Part shown: piece after piece, positions 38,589 through 46,765 of the stretch
Layout of the letters: each line of letters begins with the position of its first letter
Numbering within the stretch: the first letter of the stretch is position 1
Source: an uncultured bacterium
GTDB lineage: Bacteria; Patescibacteriota; Saccharimonadia; Saccharimonadales; 2-12-FULL-41-12
DNA length: 64,000 nt
Direction of reading: 5' to 3'
Assembly: GCA_963834265.1 (NCBI GenBank)
Contig: CAWIAU010000001.1
Location: 469,523 to 533,522 of the forward strand
Position numbers and translations under genes: made by a program
The notes under the pieces: generated by a model
Told to the model about the DNA's origin: nothing
What the model saw: only the letters and a program-made list of their open reading frames with translations
Databases searched by the model: none

Positions 38589-38645
38589 CTACCCGCTGAT
38601 TGGGAGAATAATCACCGCCATCACGTGAGTTAGTTTTCTATACAT
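38589..38645 (-). CDS. Branched-chain-rich leader peptide MYRKLTHVMAVIILPISG
   Basis: TTGACA-17bp-GATGAT promoter with ATG 7 nt later; V-x-x-V-I-I-L-x-I run; 3' end complementary to the terminator arm. Confidence 0.78.
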   Translation of the reverse strand: MYRKLTHVMAVIILPISG

Positions 38646-38683
38646 GTTTTCCATCATCCTCTTTTTATATTCGCTTGTCAAGC

Positions 38684-40246
38684 TTACTCTTGCTGAGTTC
38701 TCTTACGTTCATCATTACGGCGGATCATATTAATCGCAGTCATGTAACCATTAATGCCAGTCGCATCGACACTGTGTGACTCTACATAGATGCTAAAGTT
38801 ATGTCCATTTTGTATTACTTTGACTTTTCCGCTAGCACTGCCATCACTGCCGGGTCTGATCGAGTCTGCATGGAAGTCGCCAATGTCCCCCTTGAATTCC
38901 ATGGCTAGATTCGTAGCTTTTATCAAAGCGTCAATACCACCGGTGCCATTGCTTTCGCCGAATTTTTCTACGTCTTTGTCGATAATCCGGACCCGGGCAG
39001 TTGTGCCTTTCGGGCCGCCGTTTATACTCCAATCCGCTAATTTAATTTCATCGACAATTTTTTCACCTAAGATCCCGGCTGCGATTACTTCTATTTCGTT
39101 ATCCATCAGATCCCGTCCGACTATTGCTGCACGTTGCTTGATAGCTACAGTCATAACTCTTAACTGATTTGTGTCTGCTTTTATGGACAAGGCTTCCAGA
39201 CGACTGCCTACACCGGCTTTTCCGGACTGATCACCAATACTTATCTCACCGGCAATCTGTCCGTAGTCCTCAGCCCTTAAGCATTCGTATGTATTGGGAT
39301 CGTCTATAACTCCGTCCTGATGAATTCCTGTTCCATGGGCAAATGAATATGGTCCGGTCAGTGGTTCATTCGGAGGTATTGCCCGGCCGCCTAACGCTGC
39401 TACTAACTGGCTCAAACGTGTTTGTTCCTTAGTGTCGACCCGGCTGTACACTTCCACGGGGATATAAGATACGCCTTCAAACAAACCGGATACAACTGTG
39501 GCCAGCCGGGCGTTACCTGGTCGTTCGCCTATTCCGTTTGCGGATACCTGTGCCTGTCGTGCGCCAGCGCCGATTGCTGCCAATGTATTAACGGTCGCGA
39601 AATCACGATCATTATGGCAATGAGCCGATATAACGACATCCGGATGGCTGGCATGAATACGTTTGCATACGTTAGCAATTAACTTAGCGTACTGAATGTG
39701 ATCCATGTAGCCGGTTGTATCCGGTATATTTATTGTGTTTGCTCCATTTTCAACTGCTACCTCGCAGACTCTCATCATAAAATCGAAATCTGATCTGGTA
39801 GCATCCATTGGCGAAAACTCCACATCCTCGGTAAATGTTTTGGCTCTCGTGACTGCATCCAAAGTTTTTGAAATAACAATATCAGGATTTGTTTTTTGTT
39901 GGTTCATATGGATTTCAGAAGTTGACATAAAAACATGTAATCTGGCCCCGCCTTTATCTTTGGCGGGTTCGATAGCTTCCCACCCCCTTTCAATATCATT
40001 TGGTACTGTACGGCATAGTGCTGCCACTACAGCGTTGCCTACTTCGCCGGCAACGGCATAAACTGCCTGAAATTCGCTTTCGTTCGCAATCGGGAAACCA
40101 GCCTCGATAACATCAACGCGCATCCGGTCCAACTCCTTCGCAACTTCGACCTTGCCATCATGGCCAAAATTGATCCCGATAGCCTGATTACCATCCCGAA
40201 GGGTTGTATCAAAAATTCTCACCTGATTTGAATCAATTTCTTTCAT
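38684..40246 (-). CDS. leuA: 2-isopropylmalate synthase-like (LeuA family)
   Basis: FDTTLRDG, IEAGFP, INIPDT.G, HCHND, NGIGER.GNA, H..GIHQDG; C-terminal regulatory domain. Confidence 0.85.
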   Translation of the reverse strand: MKEIDSNQVRIFDTTLRDGNQAIGINFGHDGKVEVAKELDRMRVDVIEAGFPIANESEFQAVYAVAGEVGNAVVAALCRTVPNDIERGWEAIEPAKDKGGARLHVFMSTSEIHMNQQKTNPDIVISKTLDAVTRAKTFTEDVEFSPMDATRSDFDFMMRVCEVAVENGANTINIPDTTGYMDHIQYAKLIANVCKRIHASHPDVVISAHCHNDRDFATVNTLAAIGAGARQAQVSANGIGERPGNARLATVVSGLFEGVSYIPVEVYSRVDTKEQTRLSQLVAALGGRAIPPNEPLTGPYSFAHGTGIHQDGVIDDPNTYECLRAEDYGQIAGEISIGDQSGKAGVGSRLEALSIKADTNQLRVMTVAIKQRAAIVGRDLMDNEIEVIAAGILGEKIVDEIKLADWSINGGPKGTTARVRIIDKDVEKFGESNGTGGIDALIKATNLAMEFKGDIGDFHADSIRPGSDGSASGKVKVIQNGHNFSIYVESHSVDATGINGYMTAINMIRRNDERKRTQQE

Positions 40247-40317
40247 CTACTGGCTCCTCTCAAATTAAAAAAACTTCCCGGGGATGAAGCTTACTTGGTT
40301 CAGACTGTACTTGAGCG

Positions 40318-40404
40318 CTATTTACGCGAAGCTTCAACCATGTTGAAGCACAGCCCTTTAAGGCTGAGGAGGAGTCCAAATTGCTTCGCAATGGTTATAA
40401 ACAT
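40318..40404 (-). CDS. Leu-rich leader peptide MFITIAKQFGLLLSLKGLCFNMVEASRK
   Basis: Follows a TTGACA/TATATT promoter; CTC CTC CTC AGC CTT run; alternative hairpins and U-tract before leuA. Confidence 0.7.
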   Translation of the reverse strand: MFITIAKQFGLLLSLKGLCFNMVEASRK

Positions 40405-40424
40405 ATTAATTCTAATATATCATC

Positions 40425-41144
40425 CTAGGTATTGCTGTCAATTTCTAAGGAGTATTGTCCGTTTCTTTCTAGGAATTTATACACCATATTTTTTCGCTCA
40501 ACTACTATTTCCCAGCCTTGTTTATGCGCGTGGTTGAACAATTTCCTAGCGGGATTGAAAGCAATGGGACGTTCCACCATTTCGAGCATCTGTATGTCGT
40601 TTTCAGTATCGCCAATCGCAATACTCCCCGATAAATCAAGGGAGTGCTTCCGGATAAGATCATTGAGAGTTTGCTTCTTATTAATCGCCGGCGTGGTGAT
40701 TTTGCCGGTGAATTTACCATTTGCCTGATGAAATATCGCCCCGATGCAATCATCAAAGCCGTAATGCTGTGATATGCGTTCCACCGCTTCCATCGGCGAA
40801 CCGGAAATTGCGAATAAAAGATAGTCCTGGTCTTTGAGAGACGCTACCAACTCTCTGGTGTAGATGTAGGATTGATCTTTGTGTTCCTCAAATGCTATAT
40901 CTATTGCATTTGTGAACTGTGTGACGGGGATACCTTGTAGTACTTGCTCAAAAACCTCAATCATCACCATTTGATAAGTGTCAAAATCAGATAATCGGCG
41001 CTTCCAGTCTGCTCGCGCAGAAGTTACGCGCTTGTATAACTCGGAATCGATATTGCCCGCCCGCGCCAAAGTATCGAATATTGCATGATACAGCTGCCAC
41101 CGGATTAAAGTCCCATCCAGATCAAACACCGCAAATTTATGCAT
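40425..41144 (-). CDS. HAD-superfamily phosphatase (subfamily IB, SerB-like)
   Basis: FDLDGTL, ISGS, K, GDTEND motifs. Confidence 0.9.
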   Translation of the reverse strand: MHKFAVFDLDGTLIRWQLYHAIFDTLARAGNIDSELYKRVTSARADWKRRLSDFDTYQMVMIEVFEQVLQGIPVTQFTNAIDIAFEEHKDQSYIYTRELVASLKDQDYLLFAISGSPMEAVERISQHYGFDDCIGAIFHQANGKFTGKITTPAINKKQTLNDLIRKHSLDLSGSIAIGDTENDIQMLEMVERPIAFNPARKLFNHAHKQGWEIVVERKNMVYKFLERNGQYSLEIDSNT

Positions 41145-41164
41145 ACTATTATATTACACTCTTT

Positions 41165-42034
41165 TTATATCTGTTCGCTGTCTTCAGCTATATACGCCTC
41201 TAATTGTTCACCTTCAGCCCCAAATTCTTTATAAACCGCGTCCAATCTATCGGCTAAACCATACTCTTTTGCCATCCTGTTTATTCGACTGAATACGCCA
41301 AAATCGTATAAAGTTTGAGCGGATATTGCGTTCGAATAATCATAAAGCATACGTGGTTTAAAGCCCACTATTCGCTTCAAGGCGCCGGGGTCTCGTCCCG
41401 CGACTGCGTACTGATTAAGTCGTATATGACTGCCAGGCATAGCATCATCCCTGTTTATAGCGAATCTTTCTCCGTCTATCATCGTGCTAAGTTCAGCGTC
41501 TGATATGGGAACTAGCAATTTTCTTCGCTCTTCCTCCAGTGAATAGTAATTTGCTTCAGATATACGGATGCTCATTAATTTGTTTGCTGTATGTGCATGT
41601 TCCTCAGGGATAGGCTCCCCTAAGTGTGAAGTAGGATTGACTGCAGTATGAAGTAATAGGCTGTAAGCTCCGGGCTCCTTTATCTCTCCAACTATATAAA
41701 ATGGAGTGGACGGGTTGGTATAATCCGAAGATTGTGGACTCAGCCAGAGCAAATCACGCTGAACTTTTCTATATGTGGGAGCATTGGGGATAGCCGGAAA
41801 AGCGAACGGATTATAGGAATCTTTGGCTTTATCGTATACTGCTGGTGGAAAGATACCAACCATGTCTTGAAGCATTTTCCGCATTGCAACGTCAGGCAAT
41901 AATTCTGGAGCTCCGAGTATAGCTTGTTCGCCAATTTTACTACAAAGGTACCAATCAGCTTCTTGCTGAATTCTATCCATGTCAGCAAGTAATTCAAGAT
42001 GATCTCTGGCTGCCTCAACGAGTTCTTTGCTCAT
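41165..42034 (-). CDS. Hypothetical orphan protein
   Basis: 289 aa ORF, no recognisable motif. Confidence 0.65.
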   Translation of the reverse strand: MSKELVEAARDHLELLADMDRIQQEADWYLCSKIGEQAILGAPELLPDVAMRKMLQDMVGIFPPAVYDKAKDSYNPFAFPAIPNAPTYRKVQRDLLWLSPQSSDYTNPSTPFYIVGEIKEPGAYSLLLHTAVNPTSHLGEPIPEEHAHTANKLMSIRISEANYYSLEEERRKLLVPISDAELSTMIDGERFAINRDDAMPGSHIRLNQYAVAGRDPGALKRIVGFKPRMLYDYSNAISAQTLYDFGVFSRINRMAKEYGLADRLDAVYKEFGAEGEQLEAYIAEDSEQI

Positions 42035-42089
42035 ACAGTAATTATACTTTATAATAGATAAAATACAAAGTATATTGTTTAAAGTTTAT

Positions 42090-42884
42090 TTAAACAAGAG
42101 ATATACTGACGGGGCAATGGTCGGAGCCCAGGACATCGGCGTGGATTTCGGCTTTTTTTACCTTATCTTTCAAAGCATTTGATACGAGAAAATAGTCGAT
42201 ACGCCAACCTACATTGCGGGCACGGGCATTGGCCCAATGGGTCCACCACGTGTAGTAGCCGTTTCCCTGTTTAAATATTCTGAATGTATCGGTGAAACCG
42301 GCCTTCAGCCAGTTATCAAAACCTGATCTTTCCTGGTCGCTAAAGCCTTTTTTGCCTATATTCGGCTTCGGATTGGCCAGATCGTCCTCTGTATGGGCGA
42401 CGTTCATGTCGCCGCAGTAGATTACTGGTTTTTTAGTTTGCAGATCAGTGCAGTAAGCAACCATGGCTTTATCCCATTCCTGCCTTAAATCTATTCTTAG
42501 TAATCCGTCTTTTGCATTGGGCGTATAGCAAGTCACAACATAATAAATATCAAATTCCAGCGTAATCACCCTACCCTCTTTATTGGCGTCGCCGTATCCG
42601 TCGGAGGCCAGACCGCTTGATTTTATAAATTTTTCAGGAATATCATTGATAATAGCGATCGGCTTAATTCTGGTGAATATAGCCGTGCCGGAATATCCTT
42701 TTTTGTCTGCAGAATTCCAGTATTCTTCGTAGCCGCTCAGATCAACAATAGCCTGCCCCTGCTCAGCTTTAGTCTCTTGTAAACAGAGAATGTCCGGCTG
42801 ATGCTTTGCTATAAATTCCTGAAAAGTTCCTTTTTTGACGATGGCTCGGATACCATTAACATTCCACGAGTAAATTTTTGTCAT
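42090..42884 (-). CDS. xth: Exodeoxyribonuclease III
   Basis: SWNVNGIRA, LQETK, GYSG, GDMNVAH, GWRIDY, SDHCP. Confidence 0.96.
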   Translation of the reverse strand: MTKIYSWNVNGIRAIVKKGTFQEFIAKHQPDILCLQETKAEQGQAIVDLSGYEEYWNSADKKGYSGTAIFTRIKPIAIINDIPEKFIKSSGLASDGYGDANKEGRVITLEFDIYYVVTCYTPNAKDGLLRIDLRQEWDKAMVAYCTDLQTKKPVIYCGDMNVAHTEDDLANPKPNIGKKGFSDQERSGFDNWLKAGFTDTFRIFKQGNGYYTWWTHWANARARNVGWRIDYFLVSNALKDKVKKAEIHADVLGSDHCPVSISLV

Positions 42885-42932
42885 AATCTTTTTATTGTAG
42901 CACCGTCCCCTGGTCTGCTAAACTAAGAGCCA

Positions 42933-43640
42933 ATGCCTTATAAAAGAGTTTTACTGAAGTTTTCGGGTGAGCAATTAGCGGGTAAGACCGATGGCGGATT
43001 TGATGCTGAATTTGGCGGCTGGCTGGCCGAACAGATCAAAACAGTCACCGAATCCGGCTGTCAGGTGGTCATAATGGTAGGTGGCGGCAACTTTATCCGC
43101 GGTGCGCAGATTGCCGGCCACGGTATCCAGCGCGTGACAGCGGACCATATGGGTATGCTGGCAACTATGATCAATGCTCTTGCTCTGACGGATATTTTCG
43201 AACACAACGGTGTTCCCACCCGCTGCCTCAGTGTCATAAACGCTCAACAGGTAGCAGAACCATTTGTCCATCGGCTGGCCAACAAGCATTTGCAAAAAAG
43301 CCGCGTGGTCATAACCGCCGGCGGCCTGGGTCGTCCGTATGTTACGACCGACACAGGAGCCGTCGCACTGGCGCTGGAGCTGGACTGTGAAGTTGTACTC
43401 AAAGCTACCAAATTCGACGGAGTGTACGAGAAAGACCCTGCACAGTTTCCTGACGCCAAGCGCTATGATTCACTGACCTTCCAGGAAGCTGTCGAGAGTC
43501 CACATGTCAAAGTCATGGACAAAGCTGCTCTCGGTATGGCTATGGAACTCAATGTGCCTATTATTATCTTTGACGCCATGCAGGACGGCAATATCGCCCG
43601 TGTAGTTAGCGGCGAAAACGTCGGCACAAAAATCAGCTAG
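42933..43640 (+). CDS. pyrH: UMP kinase
   Basis: RVLLKFSGE, VGGGNF.RG, D.MGMLAT, TTD, DGVY..DP. Confidence 0.96.
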   Translation: MPYKRVLLKFSGEQLAGKTDGGFDAEFGGWLAEQIKTVTESGCQVVIMVGGGNFIRGAQIAGHGIQRVTADHMGMLATMINALALTDIFEHNGVPTRCLSVINAQQVAEPFVHRLANKHLQKSRVVITAGGLGRPYVTTDTGAVALALELDCEVVLKATKFDGVYEKDPAQFPDAKRYDSLTFQEAVESPHVKVMDKAALGMAMELNVPIIIFDAMQDGNIARVVSGENVGTKIS

Positions 43641-43641
43641 A

Positions 43642-44208
43642 TTAAATGGCGGCGGCCGGTTGCGGTCCGGCAAACTGAGCTAATTCATCCGGCGTAGGTA
43701 GACGAAGCTGTAGCGTATGGAAATCAGCGGTATATTCAGTTTTTCGTTGGCCAGGCCATTTGCCAAGATCTGGAACGATCTCTTGTTCATTAGCATTCGC
43801 ATATACGCCATCAAGGGTAAAGTTTAGCTCGTGCCAATAATCTGCGTCGGGATCATTATCTGGCCTGTCTATGTCGAGTTCAGCATTTCTTGCGTAAGCG
43901 CCCATAATAGCAGCGGCATGGTCTTCGTCAATCGCAAGATCGACAGAATATGCTTCGAAACCACCTCCCAGTGCATACGATGTTCCGGCATCGTATCGAA
44001 TACGGCTTGGGTCTTTAATACCCACTATAATAAATCCATCAGCAATTACAGCTTGGCCAATACGCAGCGCGGATTCTCTATTTTGCGCCTCAAGCTCCTT
44101 TGCTGACTCAAATTTTCTCCTGGCATCCTGTTTTGCAGTATCTGATATATGATGTTCGACCAGTAAAGTTTCTAAAGTTTCCAGACTTCCGGGCATTGCT
44201 ATCTTCAA
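43642..44208 (-). CDS. Hypothetical orphan protein
   Basis: 188 aa ORF, no recognisable motif. Confidence 0.55.
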   Translation of the reverse strand: MKIAMPGSLETLETLLVEHHISDTAKQDARRKFESAKELEAQNRESALRIGQAVIADGFIIVGIKDPSRIRYDAGTSYALGGGFEAYSVDLAIDEDHAAAIMGAYARNAELDIDRPDNDPDADYWHELNFTLDGVYANANEQEIVPDLGKWPGQRKTEYTADFHTLQLRLPTPDELAQFAGPQPAAAI

Positions 44209-44273
44209 TTTATTAAGCTCACATTAGCCCATGTATAATTTAAATGCAAGCACTAGCGGCTTAAATATATTCG

Positions 44274-44363
44274 TGGCGGAGGGAGAGGGATTCGAACCCT
44301 CGATGGGGTTGCCCCCAAACCGCCTTTCCAAGACGGCGCCATAGGCCACTAGGCGACCCCTCC
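44274..44363 (-). tRNA. tRNA-Ser (GGA)
   Basis: Minus-strand cloverleaf; anticodon arm ccgtc-ttGGAaa-ggcgg; long variable arm; CCA. Confidence 0.95.
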
Positions 44364-44426
44364 GTAATACTTACACAATTTTACCACAAAAACACCTTGC
44401 GGGTCCTGCGTCAATCAGCGTAGACT

Positions 44427-45344
44427 ATGGTATACATGTCGATCATAGAACTAAAAGACCTCAGCAAACTCTACGGCTTCGGCGATGCAACGACCGTGGC
44501 GCTGGAAGATGTCAATTTACAGATTGAAAAAGGTGAATTTGTAGCAATTATGGGTCCCAGCGGTTCCGGCAAGTCATCACTAATGCATATTATCGGACTG
44601 TTGGACCATCCCACTCATGGAGTTTATCGTCTGGACGGACGTTCGGTCGAGAAGCTGACCCACAATACCCGGGCAAAAGCCCGTCGTAATAAGATTGGAT
44701 TCGTATTCCAGTCATTCAGTCTGCTTCCGCGCATGAATGTCATTGAAAATGTAGCACTGCCACTGGCATATAAAGGCAAAATGGTATCCAGGCGGCTCAA
44801 AATGGCGGATGCTATGTTGGAACGAGTCGGACTGGCGGACAGGGCTTATTATCTGCCCAGGCAGCTTAGCGGCGGCCAGATACAGCGGGCAGCTATCGCC
44901 AGAGCGCTGATCAATGATCCGACTATCATTATTGCCGACGAACCTACCGGCAATCTTGACAGTGCTTCCTCGCGTCTCGTAATGGAACTACTACGGGAGA
45001 TACACCGTATGGGCAATACAATTCTGATGGTTACTCATAATCCTGAACTCACCCGTTATGCCAGCCGGGTTCTCTATATGCGCGATGGTAATGTCGAACG
45101 TGACGAATCGAATATAATTGGCGAAATTGCCAAAAGAGCTCAGAAAGAAGCCGAATTCACGCCGGGAATAAGCGAAGAAGATGATCTGGCGGGCGTGTCG
45201 GCACTTATGAAAGAGGTGGCCAAAGAAGATGATCAGAACCCTCATGCCCGCAAAGCACCCAAAAAGGCCAGAGCTAAACGTCGCATAACTGCCAGGCCCA
45301 GCAAACAGCGTCGCAACAAATCAAAGAAAGCAGACGATAAGTAA
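44427..45344 (+). CDS. ABC transporter ATP-binding protein (LolD/MacB-like)
   Basis: GPSGSGKS, LSGGQ, ADEPTGNLD; basic C-terminal tail. Confidence 0.93.
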   Translation: MVYMSIIELKDLSKLYGFGDATTVALEDVNLQIEKGEFVAIMGPSGSGKSSLMHIIGLLDHPTHGVYRLDGRSVEKLTHNTRAKARRNKIGFVFQSFSLLPRMNVIENVALPLAYKGKMVSRRLKMADAMLERVGLADRAYYLPRQLSGGQIQRAAIARALINDPTIIIADEPTGNLDSASSRLVMELLREIHRMGNTILMVTHNPELTRYASRVLYMRDGNVERDESNIIGEIAKRAQKEAEFTPGISEEDDLAGVSALMKEVAKEDDQNPHARKAPKKARAKRRITARPSKQRRNKSKKADDK

Positions 45345-45347
45345 TGA

Positions 45348-45514
45348 CTTTTTACCTGCCTGGATTCAAAATGCTATTTCTCTCTGAGAAACGGAGCAAG
45401 ACGTACAACTGGTACGGTGATGGGAGTAACGCAGGAGAAAATAACATTTTGGACCAGGAACTTTTGCGGGCATACTGCTCTGCAGGCGGGCAGGCAAAAG
45501 AGGCAGGTAGAAAG
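45348..45514. repeat. Palindromic (REP-like) insertion between the ABC genes
   Basis: ctttttacctgcct/aggcaggtagaaag outer stem and caaaatgctatttctctctg/caggagaaaataacattttg inner stem. Confidence 0.65.
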
Positions 45515-45516
45515 AT

Positions 45517-46746
45517 ATGATGATCGCGGAGAATTTCCGAATGGCCCGCACTTCTCTGCGTTCTGCGCGTCTGCGGAGTTTTCTGACAATGCTCGGTATT
45601 ATCATCGGCGTTGTAAGTGTAGTTACAATAGTTTCCCTGGGCGAGGGGGTCAAACGACAGCTTTCGCGCGAAGTAAAGCATCTGGGTGACACATTAATCA
45701 CTGTCAGACCAGGCAAACTGGTCAACCGGGACAGTAATGGCAATATAACCAGCGTAAATTTACTCTCTGGTTTTTCAGTCAGTACTCTTACCGGAAAAGA
45801 TCTGGATGCTATATCGAAAACTCCGCACATCAGTTTGGCTGTCCCGCTCAGTCTCGTTATAGGTACACCTTCCAATAACGACAAAACCTTAGACAAAAGT
45901 TTTATTATAGCTACCTCGCCGGATATGCCGGAAATTCTGAATCAAAAAGTAGAGTTCGGAACCTTCTTCGGAGAAGAAGATCATAACAAACGGACAGTAG
46001 TTATCGGGCAGGTCATTGCTGAGCAGTTATACGGAGAGGCGGTTCCTATAGGTAAAAGTATGCAAATTCGCGGGCAGGAATTTATAATAAGGGGCATCTT
46101 CGAAAAATTTACGAGCAATGGCCTCAATCCGGCGATTGACTTCAACGCAGGAGTCTTTATACCATTCGATACGGGCAAAGTGATCAGCGGCGGTAACCAG
46201 CCGATTTATGAGATACTCGCCAAAGTTGACACCCCTGAGGCTGTAGATGATACGGCACGTGACGTAACAAATTCATTGAAAGCTGCTCATTCCGGACAGG
46301 AAGATTTTACCGTGCTCAAACATGACGAAACAATCTCTGTTTCCGCGTCAGCCATCAACCTGATAACACGGCTGATAGCAATGCTGGCTGCTATTTCACT
46401 TTTTGTAGGTGGTATCGGCATTATGAATGTCATGCTGGTGTCTGTATCCGAACGTACCCGTGAAATCGGCCTCCGCAAAGCGATCGGAGCTACGAACAGG
46501 CAGATCAGAGACCAGTTCATGACAGAAGCCATGCTGCTGAGCTTCTGGGGTTCTGCGATAGGTATATTACTCGCTTTAATCACTAATCTGATAATTCGGA
46601 TTACCACTGATTTTCAACCTATCATCACCTGGCCGGTTGTAGCGATTGCCATGGGTGTGTCTGTTCTGGTCGGACTGATCTTCGGTACAGCCCCTGCCAT
46701 TAAAGCTTCACGCAAAAATCCCATTGACGCCCTCCGCTCAATGTAG
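45517..46746 (+). CDS. ABC transporter permease (MacB/FtsX family)
   Basis: RSFLTMLGIIIGV, GGIGIMNVMLVSVSERTREIGLRKAIGA. Confidence 0.93.
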   Translation: MMIAENFRMARTSLRSARLRSFLTMLGIIIGVVSVVTIVSLGEGVKRQLSREVKHLGDTLITVRPGKLVNRDSNGNITSVNLLSGFSVSTLTGKDLDAISKTPHISLAVPLSLVIGTPSNNDKTLDKSFIIATSPDMPEILNQKVEFGTFFGEEDHNKRTVVIGQVIAEQLYGEAVPIGKSMQIRGQEFIIRGIFEKFTSNGLNPAIDFNAGVFIPFDTGKVISGGNQPIYEILAKVDTPEAVDDTARDVTNSLKAAHSGQEDFTVLKHDETISVSASAINLITRLIAMLAAISLFVGGIGIMNVMLVSVSERTREIGLRKAIGATNRQIRDQFMTEAMLLSFWGSAIGILLALITNLIIRITTDFQPIITWPVVAIAMGVSVLVGLIFGTAPAIKASRKNPIDALRSM

Positions 46747-46765
46747 ACGATTGGTCGTCAGTAGT

